From the NCBI GenBank assembly GCA_964523905.1, contig CAZFYQ010000003.1, positions 28,976 to 92,975 on the forward strand: a stretch of 64,000 nucleotides of DNA, in the 5' to 3' direction. Made by a program: the position numbers and the translations under genes. Of this stretch, positions 7,815-18,334 are shown piece after piece; position 1 is the stretch's first letter; the number at the start of each line of letters is the position of its first letter. The notes under the pieces were generated by a model. The model saw only the letters and a list, made by a program, of their open reading frames with translations. It searched no databases and had not been told where the DNA came from. The stretch is from an uncultured Gammaproteobacteria bacterium. Lineage in GTDB: Bacteria > Patescibacteriota > Microgenomatia > Daviesbacterales > UBA10151.

Positions 7815-8657
7815 TCAATTCTCCCTGGTTAGTCTGAACAAAGTTAACACTGATACAAATATCATGGTATAGATACTGGTTATTACTGCGGTTTCACGGA
7901 CTGCATGAATATTCCACTGATATCCAGTTGCATCCGCGATCATCCCCCCTTTATCTAAAATCAAGTTAATAAAAAAACTTAGCCCAATGGTTAAGTATAA
8001 AATAGTGGACTGATACCAGTAGCTTTTTGATAGGGTAACTTCTCTGACTGGGTGATATTTTTGCAGATAGATGGCAAAAATCTGGAAAAATAAATAAACT
8101 GTAAAAAACCAACCCAAATAATTGCTTAAAGGTACTCCAAAAAATCCTCCACCGCTGTGCCAAATCCAAAGATGATTTATTGTTGAGCTGGTAGGATCCA
8201 TTACCAAATCCCACATCACCATAATAAATGAGGCTATAATGGGCAAAGCTATAACCTTAGGTGAGTTTAAATGCAGGTCAGCTTTTTCCAAAAGCACATT
8301 GCCAATGGTCCAGGACAAATACCCCGTAGAAAAATAAGCCGGCCCAATCAGTAAGGGTACTGCAAATAATTTAGGGCCTAATAGACCTGTGTAATGATAA
8401 AACCCAAAAGGAAAGCCGGTTTGAATACTTAAATTTTCCAATATATTACTAATTACTAAACAAAATCCAATAAAGATCACCATTCCACGAATTCCGTACC
8501 GCATTATTCCATGAGTAATGGCAAATAAAGAGCCTAAAACAACCACTGCCCCTGCATATACTAAAGGTGGAACGGATAAGAAAGGCAATACTAGATTGAC
8601 AGCTATATAACTAATAAAGAAAATCCACAGCAGCCGATTAGTAAAAGTATTGCTCAT
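7815..8657 (-). CDS. carotenoid biosynthesis (CruF/DUF422-like) membrane protein
   Basis: TGFPFGFYHY, WDLVMDP, GVPLSNYLGW. Confidence 0.85.
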   Translation of the reverse strand: MSNTFTNRLLWIFFISYIAVNLVLPFLSVPPLVYAGAVVVLGSLFAITHGIMRYGIRGMVIFIGFCLVISNILENLSIQTGFPFGFYHYTGLLGPKLFAVPLLIGPAYFSTGYLSWTIGNVLLEKADLHLNSPKVIALPIIASFIMVMWDLVMDPTSSTINHLWIWHSGGGFFGVPLSNYLGWFFTVYLFFQIFAIYLQKYHPVREVTLSKSYWYQSTILYLTIGLSFFINLILDKGGMIADATGYQWNIHAVRETAVITSIYTMIFVSVLTLFRLTREN

Positions 8658-8663
8658 AAAATT

Positions 8664-9389
8664 TTAAAGGTTTGCTATACCAAAGAGTTTTCCGACACTG
8701 TAAGTTACTACCATTGCCAATGCTCCGCCAACAACAATCCGGATAGTAGCCCGAACAATATTGGCGCCCCCAATTTTGGCACTTAAAAAACCAGTTAATA
8801 TTAAAGCCACCAAAACTGCGACAAAAGCCACTGGGATTCGTATTGATTCAGGGGGAAGAATAATGGCAATTAACGGGATAACTGCTCCCAAAAGAAATGA
8901 AGCAGCTGAAGCCAGTGCTGCATGGTTGGGATTGGTTAAATTATTGGGATCAATGCCAAGCTCAGCATAGACATGAGCATTATAAGCATCATGAACTGTT
9001 AGTTCCTTGGCAACGACCACTGCTGTTTTTCTGGATAACCCCTTTTTCTGATAAATAGTTGTGAGTTCTTCTAATTCTTGCTCTGGGTGGTCTTGTAATT
9101 CTTGTTTCTCTTTTTTTAAGAGAATTTTTTCAGTATCCCGAGAGCTGCTAACTGAAACATATTCCCCTGCTGCCATAGAAATGGCTCCGGCAATAATGCC
9201 GGCAATACCAGCTGTTAGGATAACGCTGGAAGAAGTGGTGGCTCCGGCTACACCTACTACTAGGCCAGCAATGGATACAATGCCGTCATTGGCTCCTAAA
9301 ACTGAAGCCCTTAGCCAATTTAGCCTTGAAACATGACTGTAAACATGTGGTTCAGGAAAAACTTCTTCGTTATTTTTGGACATATCCAT
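8664..9389 (-). CDS. VIT1/CCC1 family Fe/Mn transporter
   Basis: WLRASVLGANDGIVS, SMAAGEYVSV. Confidence 0.93.
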   Translation of the reverse strand: MDMSKNNEEVFPEPHVYSHVSRLNWLRASVLGANDGIVSIAGLVVGVAGATTSSSVILTAGIAGIIAGAISMAAGEYVSVSSSRDTEKILLKKEKQELQDHPEQELEELTTIYQKKGLSRKTAVVVAKELTVHDAYNAHVYAELGIDPNNLTNPNHAALASAASFLLGAVIPLIAIILPPESIRIPVAFVAVLVALILTGFLSAKIGGANIVRATIRIVVGGALAMVVTYSVGKLFGIANL

Positions 9390-9563
9390 TAGTGTATCAT
9401 CTAATTAGGATGGGTATAGTAGCTTTAACATTAACTGAAATATTTGTAAATATTTTGCGGCCATTGATTTAAACTTATTATACACAGATCATAATTGCTA
9501 ATGCATCAAATCTCATGACTATAGGATTGTAATTTGGCCTTGTTTTTGATATACTTAAATATA

Positions 9564-10091
9564 ATGAACGTAGAAATGACTCGTAATCCTTTATCTAGGC
9601 CGAGGTTTGTGGCTGCAAATTTAAGTGATCTAGAACAATCTAGACCGGAGCTAGTAGTTTCTTTGAACCCTAAATTGCGTGCCTTTGTAGAAAGTCAAGG
9701 CAAGCTTCCAGATGACCTTAAGCCCTATGATAATTGTATTGTGGTTGTGGTAGCGAATATAAACCATTCCCCCGAACAGGATCTACCAGATCGAGAATAC
9801 GGCATAAAACTTTTTGATTATACAGGATCAGTTGACTGCCGAATTCCGGATCGTCTTGATAGAATTGCCAATAGATTTTTTTCTGGAGTTAATCTGAACT
9901 ATGATGGATATAGGAACATGGCCTGGTCTGCTAGAGAGGTTACACTTAAGTGGTGGATGTATCACGAGCCAGAGGAAGCTATTATACATCGGTCTGATTT
10001 TGAGCTAGTTTTTGTCCGTAATTTTCCGAAATATAGCACCGTAGGCTCTCCTATCGAGACTCGTATGCCTAGAGGTTTTGCATTGGCCTAA
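9564..10091 (+). CDS. hypothetical protein (ORFan)
   Basis: Open frame; -10-like box just before ATG. Confidence 0.6.
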   Translation: MNVEMTRNPLSRPRFVAANLSDLEQSRPELVVSLNPKLRAFVESQGKLPDDLKPYDNCIVVVVANINHSPEQDLPDREYGIKLFDYTGSVDCRIPDRLDRIANRFFSGVNLNYDGYRNMAWSAREVTLKWWMYHEPEEAIIHRSDFELVFVRNFPKYSTVGSPIETRMPRGFALA

Positions 10092-10125
10092 AAGTTTTAA
10101 TTTCTTTCTGTTAAAATTCGGGGAT

Positions 10126-11085
10126 ATGAATTTTTGGGAAAAGTTGAAGAAGCCGATTTTTGTTTTGGCTCCAATGGATGGGGTGACAGATACTGTATTT
10201 AGGCAGATTGTGGCATCTGTGGGAAGGCCGGATGTTTTTTTTACGGAATTTGTTCCGGTTGATGCCATTATGTCTTCAGCCCGGGAAAAGGTACTGGCAA
10301 AATCTTTGTCATATTCTGAGGTTGAAAGGCCTTTGGTGGCTCAAATCTGGGGCACTGATCCGGAAAAGTTTTATGAAGTAGCAAAACTTTTAGTCAAACT
10401 GGGCTTTGATGGGATTGATATTAACATGGGCTGTCCGGTTAGAGATGTAGTGGCTCATGGTTCTTGTTCTGCTTTAATTAAAACTCCGGATCTGGCTGTA
10501 GAAATTATCAATGCCACTATCAAAGGCGCCGGATCCCTACCAGTTTCTGTTAAAACCAGAATCGGCTTTGATAAAATTGAGACAGAATCCTGGGTCAAAA
10601 CTTTACTGCAAACTAACATTGCAGCTTTAACCTTGCACTTAAGAACGGCCGCTGAAATGTCCAAAGTTCCGGCTCATTGGGATGAAATGGAAAAGGCAAC
10701 AGGCATTAGGCAACAGGTTAGATCAAGTGCTCTAATTATCGGCAACGGAGATGTTAAAACACTTAATGAAGCCAAGGATAAATGTAAAAAGTATGGAATT
10801 GATGGAGTTATGATTGGCAGAGGAATCTTTGATAATGTGTGGGTTTTTAATGAAGCCGTTAATATTGATCAGGTTACACCGGCTCAAAAAATAGACATGT
10901 TACTAAAACATCTACAGCTTTATCAAAAGATTAAAGGTGAAGGTAAGCATTTTGAGTTAATGAAAAAATTCGTAAAATGTTATGTAAATAATTTTGATGG
11001 AGCAACCAAAATAAGAGAATCTTTAATGCAAACTAGAAAATTATCCGATCTTATCTCCGCAGTAGAAAAACTTATTTCTGCCTAA
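10126..11085 (+). CDS. dus: tRNA-dihydrouridine synthase
   Basis: LAPMDGVTD, DINMGCP, PVSVKTRIG, GNGD, GVMIGRG. Confidence 0.93.
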   Translation: MNFWEKLKKPIFVLAPMDGVTDTVFRQIVASVGRPDVFFTEFVPVDAIMSSAREKVLAKSLSYSEVERPLVAQIWGTDPEKFYEVAKLLVKLGFDGIDINMGCPVRDVVAHGSCSALIKTPDLAVEIINATIKGAGSLPVSVKTRIGFDKIETESWVKTLLQTNIAALTLHLRTAAEMSKVPAHWDEMEKATGIRQQVRSSALIIGNGDVKTLNEAKDKCKKYGIDGVMIGRGIFDNVWVFNEAVNIDQVTPAQKIDMLLKHLQLYQKIKGEGKHFELMKKFVKCYVNNFDGATKIRESLMQTRKLSDLISAVEKLISA

Positions 11086-11088
11086 GTG

Positions 11089-11298
11089 TTATTTATCCAA
11101 AAAGTAACTTCTAAGGGAACTGGCTACTGTCTGTATTCGAGGTTTGTCACTAGGAGTAATTGCTACCTCACTATAGTGTACCCTGTGGATCTCAGTCAAG
11201 TAACCTGTAATTCCGTTAGCTCTCAGGCTGGTTTGATGTGCTTCGCCTAATGCAACAATAGTGTCTATTTCGTTAGGTGCGCCTTCTGGTCTTATCAT
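11089..11298 (-). CDS. hypothetical protein
   Basis: 69-aa ORF filling the gap between dus and trhO. Confidence 0.5.
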   Translation of the reverse strand: MIRPEGAPNEIDTIVALGEAHQTSLRANGITGYLTEIHRVHYSEVAITPSDKPRIQTVASSLRSYFLDK

Positions 11299-12215
11299 AT
11301 ATTTGAAGTATACACTACTATAGGTTTTTTGTCAAAGCCACTAATACAATCCCTTGAGCAAAAACCCGCTGATTTTTCTATACACTTATCACAACTAATG
11401 AAATGTCGTTTGCCCTGACAGAAGATATTTTTACAGTCAAAATAATGCTCAGCTGGCTTCTCACAAAACTTGCACTTCCCTACTATGATATGCGCCTTGG
11501 AATCCATATTAAAGCCCATGGTGACCCTGCCATCAAAGACATACAGTGATCCCAGAAAATCTTCATTAGGATATTTTTCCATGTAAGAAACTATCCCGCC
11601 ATAAAGTTGATAAACATCTTCGAAACCATTTTGCACTAAAAATCCGGAGGCTTTTTCACACCTAACTCCTCCAGTGCAAACAGTCACAATTGTCTTGTTT
11701 TTTAAATCCTTCAGGACTGGTAGTACTTTAGGTAAATCACGAAAATTTTCAAAAGGAGCGAGCAGGGAATTAGCAAAATATCCAACAGTTGTTTCATAGT
11801 CATTTCGCATATCAACTATATAGAACGCTTTGTCAGAATGAATCCATTCGTGTAATTGCTCTGGTTCCAGGTATTTCCCAGTAACTTGATTGGGATTTAA
11901 CCCTAGTTCAGAAATAGCTGAGCTGACAATATCATCTCGAATCTTGATGGATAATTTGGGAAAGGCCGATCCAGTACCCACACTTTTTTTAAAATGAATA
12001 TCAGAAAATCCGGAAATTTTTTGCATAGCCTTGATATATTTTTCAGTATCGGTAGTTCTACCTTCAACAGTGCCGTTAATTCCCTCGCTTGCAATGATAA
12101 TTCGGCCTGTTAGACCTAACTTCTCACATAAGGCTTTTTGATCCTGTAATAACTTCTGCGGAACCTCAATTTGAGTGTATTTATAATATAGTAAAACCTG
12201 GAATTTGCTTCCCAT
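11295..12215 (-). CDS. trhO: rhodanese-domain tRNA uridine hydroxylase (YceA/TrhO family)
   Basis: GRIIIASEGINGT, DMRNDYE, CTGGVRCEKAS, YVFDGR. Confidence 0.88.
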   Translation of the reverse strand: MGSKFQVLLYYKYTQIEVPQKLLQDQKALCEKLGLTGRIIIASEGINGTVEGRTTDTEKYIKAMQKISGFSDIHFKKSVGTGSAFPKLSIKIRDDIVSSAISELGLNPNQVTGKYLEPEQLHEWIHSDKAFYIVDMRNDYETTVGYFANSLLAPFENFRDLPKVLPVLKDLKNKTIVTVCTGGVRCEKASGFLVQNGFEDVYQLYGGIVSYMEKYPNEDFLGSLYVFDGRVTMGFNMDSKAHIIVGKCKFCEKPAEHYFDCKNIFCQGKRHFISCDKCIEKSAGFCSRDCISGFDKKPIVVYTSNI

Positions 12216-12243
12216 GATAGGGAAATTATATCATTTTAATCAA

Positions 12244-13362
12244 TTAGATTAGTTTTTTCTGGCGGAGAGTTTGATAATAATCTTTTTTAGTAGTGGCAAT
12301 GGCACCCAGGCCAATTAAAGCCACAATAAATCCAACAATCCCACCAACTATTGGAATTAACCCAATTAGTGAGATTATTGCTAGCCCTGAGGTGTAGATT
12401 AAATAAGCATTCCAGTTTTTCTTAAAATATTTAGTCAGAGCACTACCTAGAGCCACACTAACAAAGATCTTACTTAGCCAAAGCCCAAAGCCTAGAAATA
12501 CTATCCAAAGCAAAGCAAAAGGAATACCGATCACAGTCACTAACAGCAGAATCACTAAAAGCGGGGTCACTGCCAAAGCCAGCAAACCAATTCCCAGGCT
12601 TCTTAGCCAGTGAGCTCTCACTACTTCTGCTACAAAACTTGTATATTCAGGAATTAATTTAAGAATTAGAAAACCAATCAGTAACGCAGAAATAAAGCTA
12701 AACACTTTAACTGTAGTAAAAATACCTGCCAGCGCTGTTTTACTGACTTGTACTGCTTGGGGGCGGGTTGTTTGGGGTGGAATATTATGCGTAACTGCTC
12801 CTGAAATAGAAGCCTCAGAGCTAATATTAGCCGGGTTTCTACTCCAATAAGTGACGTCTCCTTTGATTCTAGCCGTATTACCCAAGTTAATTTGTCCACC
12901 TGCCAGATTTGCTTCTTTTCCAACCGGACCTAAAATAGTTAAATTTCCTCCGGCTGAAGTCAGGCTGCCGCTAATATTGGCATTTGGCCCCAGATTTATC
13001 TGTCCACCGGCTAGTGAAACATTACGTCCAACTTTACCATTAACAATAATGTTTCCGCCTGCGCCTCTGATATTACCGGTAACAAGTCCACTAATAGTGA
13101 CATTCCCCCCGGCAATTAATAAATCGCCGTTGATGACACCGTTTACATTCACATCTCCCCCTGCTAAATAAGCATCTCCGTTTACAGTACCATCCAAAGA
13201 AACATTTCTTCCAGCAGCAAAATAATCTTTGTTAACAACTTGATTTTCCGGTAAAGTTACAACTTGATAATTAGACTGGGCAAAGATCACCTGAGGAACT
13301 GCCAGAATTAGAAAGATAAAAACCAAAACCAGAATACGATTCATTGTAACTGCAATATACAT
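12244..13362 (-). CDS. membrane protein with bactofilin-like beta-helix repeats
   Basis: Signal peptide, repeated AGG.V...G.V.GD units, C-terminal TM bundle. Confidence 0.8.
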   Translation of the reverse strand: MYIAVTMNRILVLVFIFLILAVPQVIFAQSNYQVVTLPENQVVNKDYFAAGRNVSLDGTVNGDAYLAGGDVNVNGVINGDLLIAGGNVTISGLVTGNIRGAGGNIIVNGKVGRNVSLAGGQINLGPNANISGSLTSAGGNLTILGPVGKEANLAGGQINLGNTARIKGDVTYWSRNPANISSEASISGAVTHNIPPQTTRPQAVQVSKTALAGIFTTVKVFSFISALLIGFLILKLIPEYTSFVAEVVRAHWLRSLGIGLLALAVTPLLVILLLVTVIGIPFALLWIVFLGFGLWLSKIFVSVALGSALTKYFKKNWNAYLIYTSGLAIISLIGLIPIVGGIVGFIVALIGLGAIATTKKDYYQTLRQKKLI

Positions 13363-13372
13363 CTTAAGATTA

Positions 13373-14575
13373 TTATACCGCAGTGATTTGAGTCACAGAT
13401 CGCTTTTTGTGGTTTGACATCACTTTAAGGTATTTACTACCAAACAATATGATAAAAACTGTTACTACACCTGCTACTACAAATGGTACTCTTAAACTCA
13501 AAATCGCCAATGCGCCTCCGACAAAAGGTCCGAAAACCCGGCCTAATGCCCCAAAACTTTGGGTGGCTCCTAAAACTATGCCCTGTTCTTCCGGCTTACT
13601 TTCAATGGAAATCAAAGACTGAGTATTAACCATCAGAAGTCCCACAGCAAAAGGAGTGACCAGGCCGGTGATAATTGTTAACCACTGCCAGGGCGAAATA
13701 CCCATCACGACAATCGAGATACTAAAGATAACGAGTCCTAGTTTGATCATTTGAATCTCGGTAATCTTTTTAAGCATCAGTGAAATTAAAAACCCTTGAG
13801 TCAAAAACGAACCAACTCCAATTAAACCAAAGAAGTAGCCGTTTTGCGCTTCAGTCCAACCAAATTTGGCTGCTCCCAGTAGTGAAAATACACCAATGAT
13901 TAGAGATAAAGCAAAGTTAACAAAGAAAAACAGCAGCATTAAAAAAGCCATATTTTTCGGCCTTAGTACTTCCTTAGTCACTTCTAGATTTAAGAATTCA
14001 ATTTTAATGTGTTTTTGTAATAGCTTATTTGATTCCGGAAGAATTAGAAAGATTAAAACAGTGTTAAGTAAAGATAAAATTCCGGGAATGATAAAGGCAA
14101 CCTGTATGGAAAACATTGAAGAAACAATTCCGCCTAACACTGGGCCCACAATAAAACCTAAGCCAAAAGCAGCTCCCACCAGTCCCATTTTTCTGGTTCT
14201 TTCATGAGCAGATGAGGTATCTGCTATATAAGCCTGAGCAACGGAAATATTGGCACTACCAATTCCGGCTAGAACACGGGCAATGATAATAATCCAAATT
14301 AGCTGTGAGTAGAATAGCAGGAAATATGACATGGAATTTAAAAAGGCACTCAGAATTAGAATCGGCTTTCTGCCATATTTATCAGATAACCTTCCCAGGA
14401 TCGGAGAAAACAGAAACTGTACCAGGGAAAAAATTGAAATAACTGTGCCAACCAGTATTGTGCCTCCACCAATATGTTCAATCATCAAAGGCAGAATGGG
14501 AATAACCAGGCCAAAGCCGATTAAATCAATGAAAACTACCAGTAACAGGGTAAAAGTTTTGCGATCCATAAACAA
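13373..14575 (-). CDS. MFS transporter (TetA/DHA1-like)
   Basis: DLIGFGLVIPILP, GRLSDKYGRKP, GFIVGPVLGG. Confidence 0.92.
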   Translation of the reverse strand: MFMDRKTFTLLLVVFIDLIGFGLVIPILPLMIEHIGGGTILVGTVISIFSLVQFLFSPILGRLSDKYGRKPILILSAFLNSMSYFLLFYSQLIWIIIIARVLAGIGSANISVAQAYIADTSSAHERTRKMGLVGAAFGLGFIVGPVLGGIVSSMFSIQVAFIIPGILSLLNTVLIFLILPESNKLLQKHIKIEFLNLEVTKEVLRPKNMAFLMLLFFFVNFALSLIIGVFSLLGAAKFGWTEAQNGYFFGLIGVGSFLTQGFLISLMLKKITEIQMIKLGLVIFSISIVVMGISPWQWLTIITGLVTPFAVGLLMVNTQSLISIESKPEEQGIVLGATQSFGALGRVFGPFVGGALAILSLRVPFVVAGVVTVFIILFGSKYLKVMSNHKKRSVTQITAV

Positions 14576-15493
14576 TTATTCTAACATTTTGCTTAAGGCT
14601 TGAATACTATCCAAATCATAAATAGAAACAGGTATTACCTGTTTTCCGGCAATTTTTTTAAGTTTAGGATGGTCAAGATCGGATTTAGTTAACAATATAA
14701 TCTCCTTTTTATCCAACAGTTTAGGATTATATTTTTCCAGCTCATCCCGGATAATTTGGTAATCCCTTTTCGGATCATCTGACTCAGTTGAGATGCAGTG
14801 AAGTAATAGTTTTACTTTTTCAATATGTTTTAAAAACCGATGGCCCAGGCCTTTTCCTTCTGATGCACCTTCTATTAAACCTGGAATATCAGCTAAAACT
14901 TTGCCTTTAACCACTCCCAGATTAGGTTCTAAAGTAGTAAAAGGATAATCACCAATTTTGGCATTGGCATTGGTAAGTTCATTTAATAAAGAACTTTTAC
15001 CGGCATTTGGTAATCCAATGAACCCGAAGTCAGCAATTAGTTTAAGTTTTAAGCTTAACTTTTTTTCTTCACCACTTAAGCCTGGCTGAGAATACCTGGG
15101 AGTAGTATTAGAGGGAGATTTAAAAAAGGCGTTACCTTTGCCGCCAATGCCACCTTTGGCCAACAGTTCCACCTGTCCTTCATGAGTTAGTTCAATTTCT
15201 CGACCGTTTTCATCAGTCAAAAAAGTGCCAATGGGCATTAGTAACACTAAGTCTTTACCATCACTGCCAGTACTTAAATTTCGACCACCGATTTTGCCGT
15301 CTTCGGCTTCCAGAATTTTATGGGAAACATATTGACCTAAACTATAAATATCAGTGGTGGTTTTAACATAAACATCTCCGCCTTTACCACCGTCTCCCCC
15401 ATCAGGTCCACCGGTTTTTTTGCCTTTAAACGACACTTTACCCGGTCCACCATGCCCGGCTTTGATATTAATTTTGGTTTCATCAACTAACAT
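14576..15493 (-). CDS. obgE: GTPase ObgE
   Basis: Gly-rich Obg fold, GLPNAGKSS, YPFTT, DIPGLIEGA. Confidence 0.95.
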   Translation of the reverse strand: MLVDETKINIKAGHGGPGKVSFKGKKTGGPDGGDGGKGGDVYVKTTTDIYSLGQYVSHKILEAEDGKIGGRNLSTGSDGKDLVLLMPIGTFLTDENGREIELTHEGQVELLAKGGIGGKGNAFFKSPSNTTPRYSQPGLSGEEKKLSLKLKLIADFGFIGLPNAGKSSLLNELTNANAKIGDYPFTTLEPNLGVVKGKVLADIPGLIEGASEGKGLGHRFLKHIEKVKLLLHCISTESDDPKRDYQIIRDELEKYNPKLLDKKEIILLTKSDLDHPKLKKIAGKQVIPVSIYDLDSIQALSKMLE

Positions 15494-15502
15494 AGGAATA
15501 TT

Positions 15503-15955
15503 CTATTTGATAGGAGCGATCTCAGGAGTAATGTTGGCATCGGTTCTCCACTGTAAATTAATCACCCGTTCTCCGACAATTACATCTTGCTTGGAGCTGC
15601 CTCTAAAGGATAACTTGGAAATATCACCTAAACCAACCCAGGAAAAGTCAGTATTTTTAAAACTGGAAAATTTTGGAGAATTTTTAACCACTGCATAAAA
15701 AACATAATTTATTTTCTCTAAAACCGGATGATTATAATCATAAATGGCATGAATATCTTTTGGTTTTAAGTTTAAATTAAGTAAACGGTTAACCACGCGT
15801 TGAAATGTCATATGCGCTTGCTCTCCGTCCTGGCCTTCTCCACCCAGAGTGGACCACTGAGATGGGCTGTCAGTGTTTTCTTGTGATTTAATTAAGAGAA
15901 TTTGGTGAGTTTTAAGACTATAAAGGAATCCGCTAGCGTAAAATGAAGTTTGCAC
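15503..15955 (-). CDS. NUDIX-fold hypothetical protein (degenerate Nudix box)
   Basis: ASGFLY...ILL, W...GG....E pattern. Confidence 0.55.
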   Translation of the reverse strand: MQTSFYASGFLYSLKTHQILLIKSQENTDSPSQWSTLGGEGQDGEQAHMTFQRVVNRLLNLNLKPKDIHAIYDYNHPVLEKINYVFYAVVKNSPKFSSFKNTDFSWVGLGDISKLSFRGSSKQDVIVGERVINLQWRTDANITPEIAPIK

Positions 15956-16115
15956 AAACGTATTATAAACCTTTGCGGACTAGAAGTCCACCAATGGTTG
16001 TTTACAAGAAGCTGTAGAAAATTTTATCTTGAGAGTCGAAGTTTATGTCCGCAAACGACTGTAATCGCAGCTCCAACCTGGTTGAAGCTAATTTTCTGCT
16101 GCGATTATAGCAGGT

Positions 16116-17390
16116 TTAGCTAATAAATGTTAGAGCAAAGCCGGTTTTACCAGCGCGGCCGGTCCGACCAATACGGTGAATGTAATCTTCATAGGTTTCT
16201 GGCAAGTCATAATTGATCACATGAGTAACATTATCAATGTCTAAACCACGGGAAGCCACATCAGTAGCCAAAAGAATCTGAATTTCATTTCTTTTAAAGC
16301 TATCTAAGGTTCTTTTTCTTTGAGATTGTCTTTTGTTGCCATGTAAAGAACCGGTTTTAAAGCCCCGGTGAGTTAATTCATCATGTAATTTTTCAATACC
16401 ATGCTTGGTCCTACCAAAAATTAGCACCTTATCAAAGCCATCTTGGATTAATAAATCATGTAACTGTTCAATCTTTTTGGAAGAATCCCTGACCTTAACC
16501 ACATCTTGATCGACATTTTGAGCTGTATCTTGGGTTTTAACTGAAACTGTCACCGGATTTTGGACAAATGACTGTAAAATCTCACGAATTCTTGGTGAAA
16601 TAGTGGCAGAGAAAAACAAAGACTGACGGATTCTGGGTAAAAAAGACAGGAAATATTTCACTTCGTTAACAAATCCGATATCTACCATTAAATCAACTTC
16701 ATCCAACACAAAGATTTGGAAATCATTTAACCGAAGTAGGCCGCGTTCTATTAAATCCTTTAATCTGCCTGGTGTGCCAATAACTACCTGAGGATTTCTC
16801 CTTAAATCAGAAACTTGTCTGCCCATGTTGGATCCACCAATTAACAAAGCTGAATAAATACTCATATTTTGGGTAAAGGATCGCAGTTCCTCGTTAATCT
16901 GGACTGCTAATTCTCTGGTGGGAGTAATAATAATGGCTTTGTTGTTTTGGCGATCCTGGAAAATTTTGTCAATAATCGGAATTAAAAAAGCGGCTGTTTT
17001 ACCGGTTCCGGTATTAGCTAAACCAATCAGATCTCGGCCTTCCAGAATTGGTGGAATAGCCTGAATTTGAATTGGAGTTGGTGTAATGTAACCTTTATTT
17101 TGGATGTTAACCTTTAAATAATCAGAGATCTGAAAATCAGCAAAGGTCTGTGTGATCGCTTCAGTCGCTAAAGTCGCTTCAGTCGTAGGATTGGCTTTTT
17201 TAATAAACATATTAATATCAGCACCTTCCAGCTTGCTTCGTCTGGCTCCGCGGCTTTGGCCGTGTAATGAGCGATAACCATTAGAAGAACCACCGGGTCT
17301 ACCGAATCTATTGCTTGATGGCTTACCAAATCTGGATGAGCTACCAAAGCGGATTGACGAGCGATTTCTAAAACTATTGTTGTTATACAT
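16116..17390 (-). CDS. DEAD-box RNA helicase
   Basis: Q motif, TGTGKT, PTRELA, DEVD, SAT, HRIGRTGRAG; RGS-rich N-terminus. Confidence 0.95.
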   Translation of the reverse strand: MYNNNSFRNRSSIRFGSSSRFGKPSSNRFGRPGGSSNGYRSLHGQSRGARRSKLEGADINMFIKKANPTTEATLATEAITQTFADFQISDYLKVNIQNKGYITPTPIQIQAIPPILEGRDLIGLANTGTGKTAAFLIPIIDKIFQDRQNNKAIIITPTRELAVQINEELRSFTQNMSIYSALLIGGSNMGRQVSDLRRNPQVVIGTPGRLKDLIERGLLRLNDFQIFVLDEVDLMVDIGFVNEVKYFLSFLPRIRQSLFFSATISPRIREILQSFVQNPVTVSVKTQDTAQNVDQDVVKVRDSSKKIEQLHDLLIQDGFDKVLIFGRTKHGIEKLHDELTHRGFKTGSLHGNKRQSQRKRTLDSFKRNEIQILLATDVASRGLDIDNVTHVINYDLPETYEDYIHRIGRTGRAGKTGFALTFIS

Positions 17391-17590
17391 AATAAATTAG
17401 TGTCTTCTTCATCGTAAATACATAGAGGATGAAGAAGAACAATATAAAAATTGAAAAAGAAAAAACTGATCCGGCATGCCGGAAGTCGGAGCTACTTGAA
17501 AAGTTAGTCCGTGAGGAAAAAAAGATCTGTAGCTTATGATTCTTAAATCAACTGCTAGCAGTGTAACACACTTACTGATTAATAGCAAAT

Positions 17591-18250
17591 CTATACAAGG
17601 TATCGTTCTAAAAGATCATCAAATGTCATAAAACAGAACCTTGCATTCAAAAAATCCCGGATGGGAAATTCCTTCGGCATATTGTTAAATACTCTTTTGG
17701 TAAACGCATCATATTTGGCTGCGATGTTAACAGGAATAGGTGTTTCGGCAACCGTAAAACCAAATCGTTTTGATACTGCTGCTAATTTATCAAAAGTCAA
17801 ACCTACTAATCTATCTGAAGGTAAACGATCACGGAATTCTTCAACATACATGGCTACATCCTGTAGTGACTCCCTTACTTGGGTATGAAAGGAAACATCG
17901 GGATCCAGCGGAGATAAGTGAATTCTTAAGTAATAGTCCCCACTCTTAATTGTAAGACCTGTGTTGGGATCGGAGTAATCATAAGTATGTTCTGTTTCGA
18001 TTAGATGTAAAGGATAAAATGTTTTGCAAGGATTATATCTAAAAGGACTTGTTAAAACCCGATCAACCCTTCTGTCAGTACGTTCATCTAAATGGTTAAT
18101 TAAGAAACGCATAGTACGCCATTGCAGATCAGTAAGAGGACTAAATTCAAAATTAGCCTGTGTTTTTTGTTCCAATCTATTATGGTAATCAATCAGGGGC
18201 TCCTCTATTGCTTCTGAGATACGTGCGGGCAAGCGAAATTCCATGTTCAC
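17591..18250 (-). CDS. hypothetical protein, YkoP-like C-terminal domain
   Basis: GD...IHL, ESL..VA, GLT......RFGF pattern. Confidence 0.55.
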   Translation of the reverse strand: MNMEFRLPARISEAIEEPLIDYHNRLEQKTQANFEFSPLTDLQWRTMRFLINHLDERTDRRVDRVLTSPFRYNPCKTFYPLHLIETEHTYDYSDPNTGLTIKSGDYYLRIHLSPLDPDVSFHTQVRESLQDVAMYVEEFRDRLPSDRLVGLTFDKLAAVSKRFGFTVAETPIPVNIAAKYDAFTKRVFNNMPKEFPIRDFLNARFCFMTFDDLLERYLV

Positions 18251-18334
18251 TATTATACTTCAACAAGTACTTAAATTCAACCTATAGTAGTAGCAGGATC
18301 ATTCACTGTCAACTCGCTTCCATATTCTTCTAAA

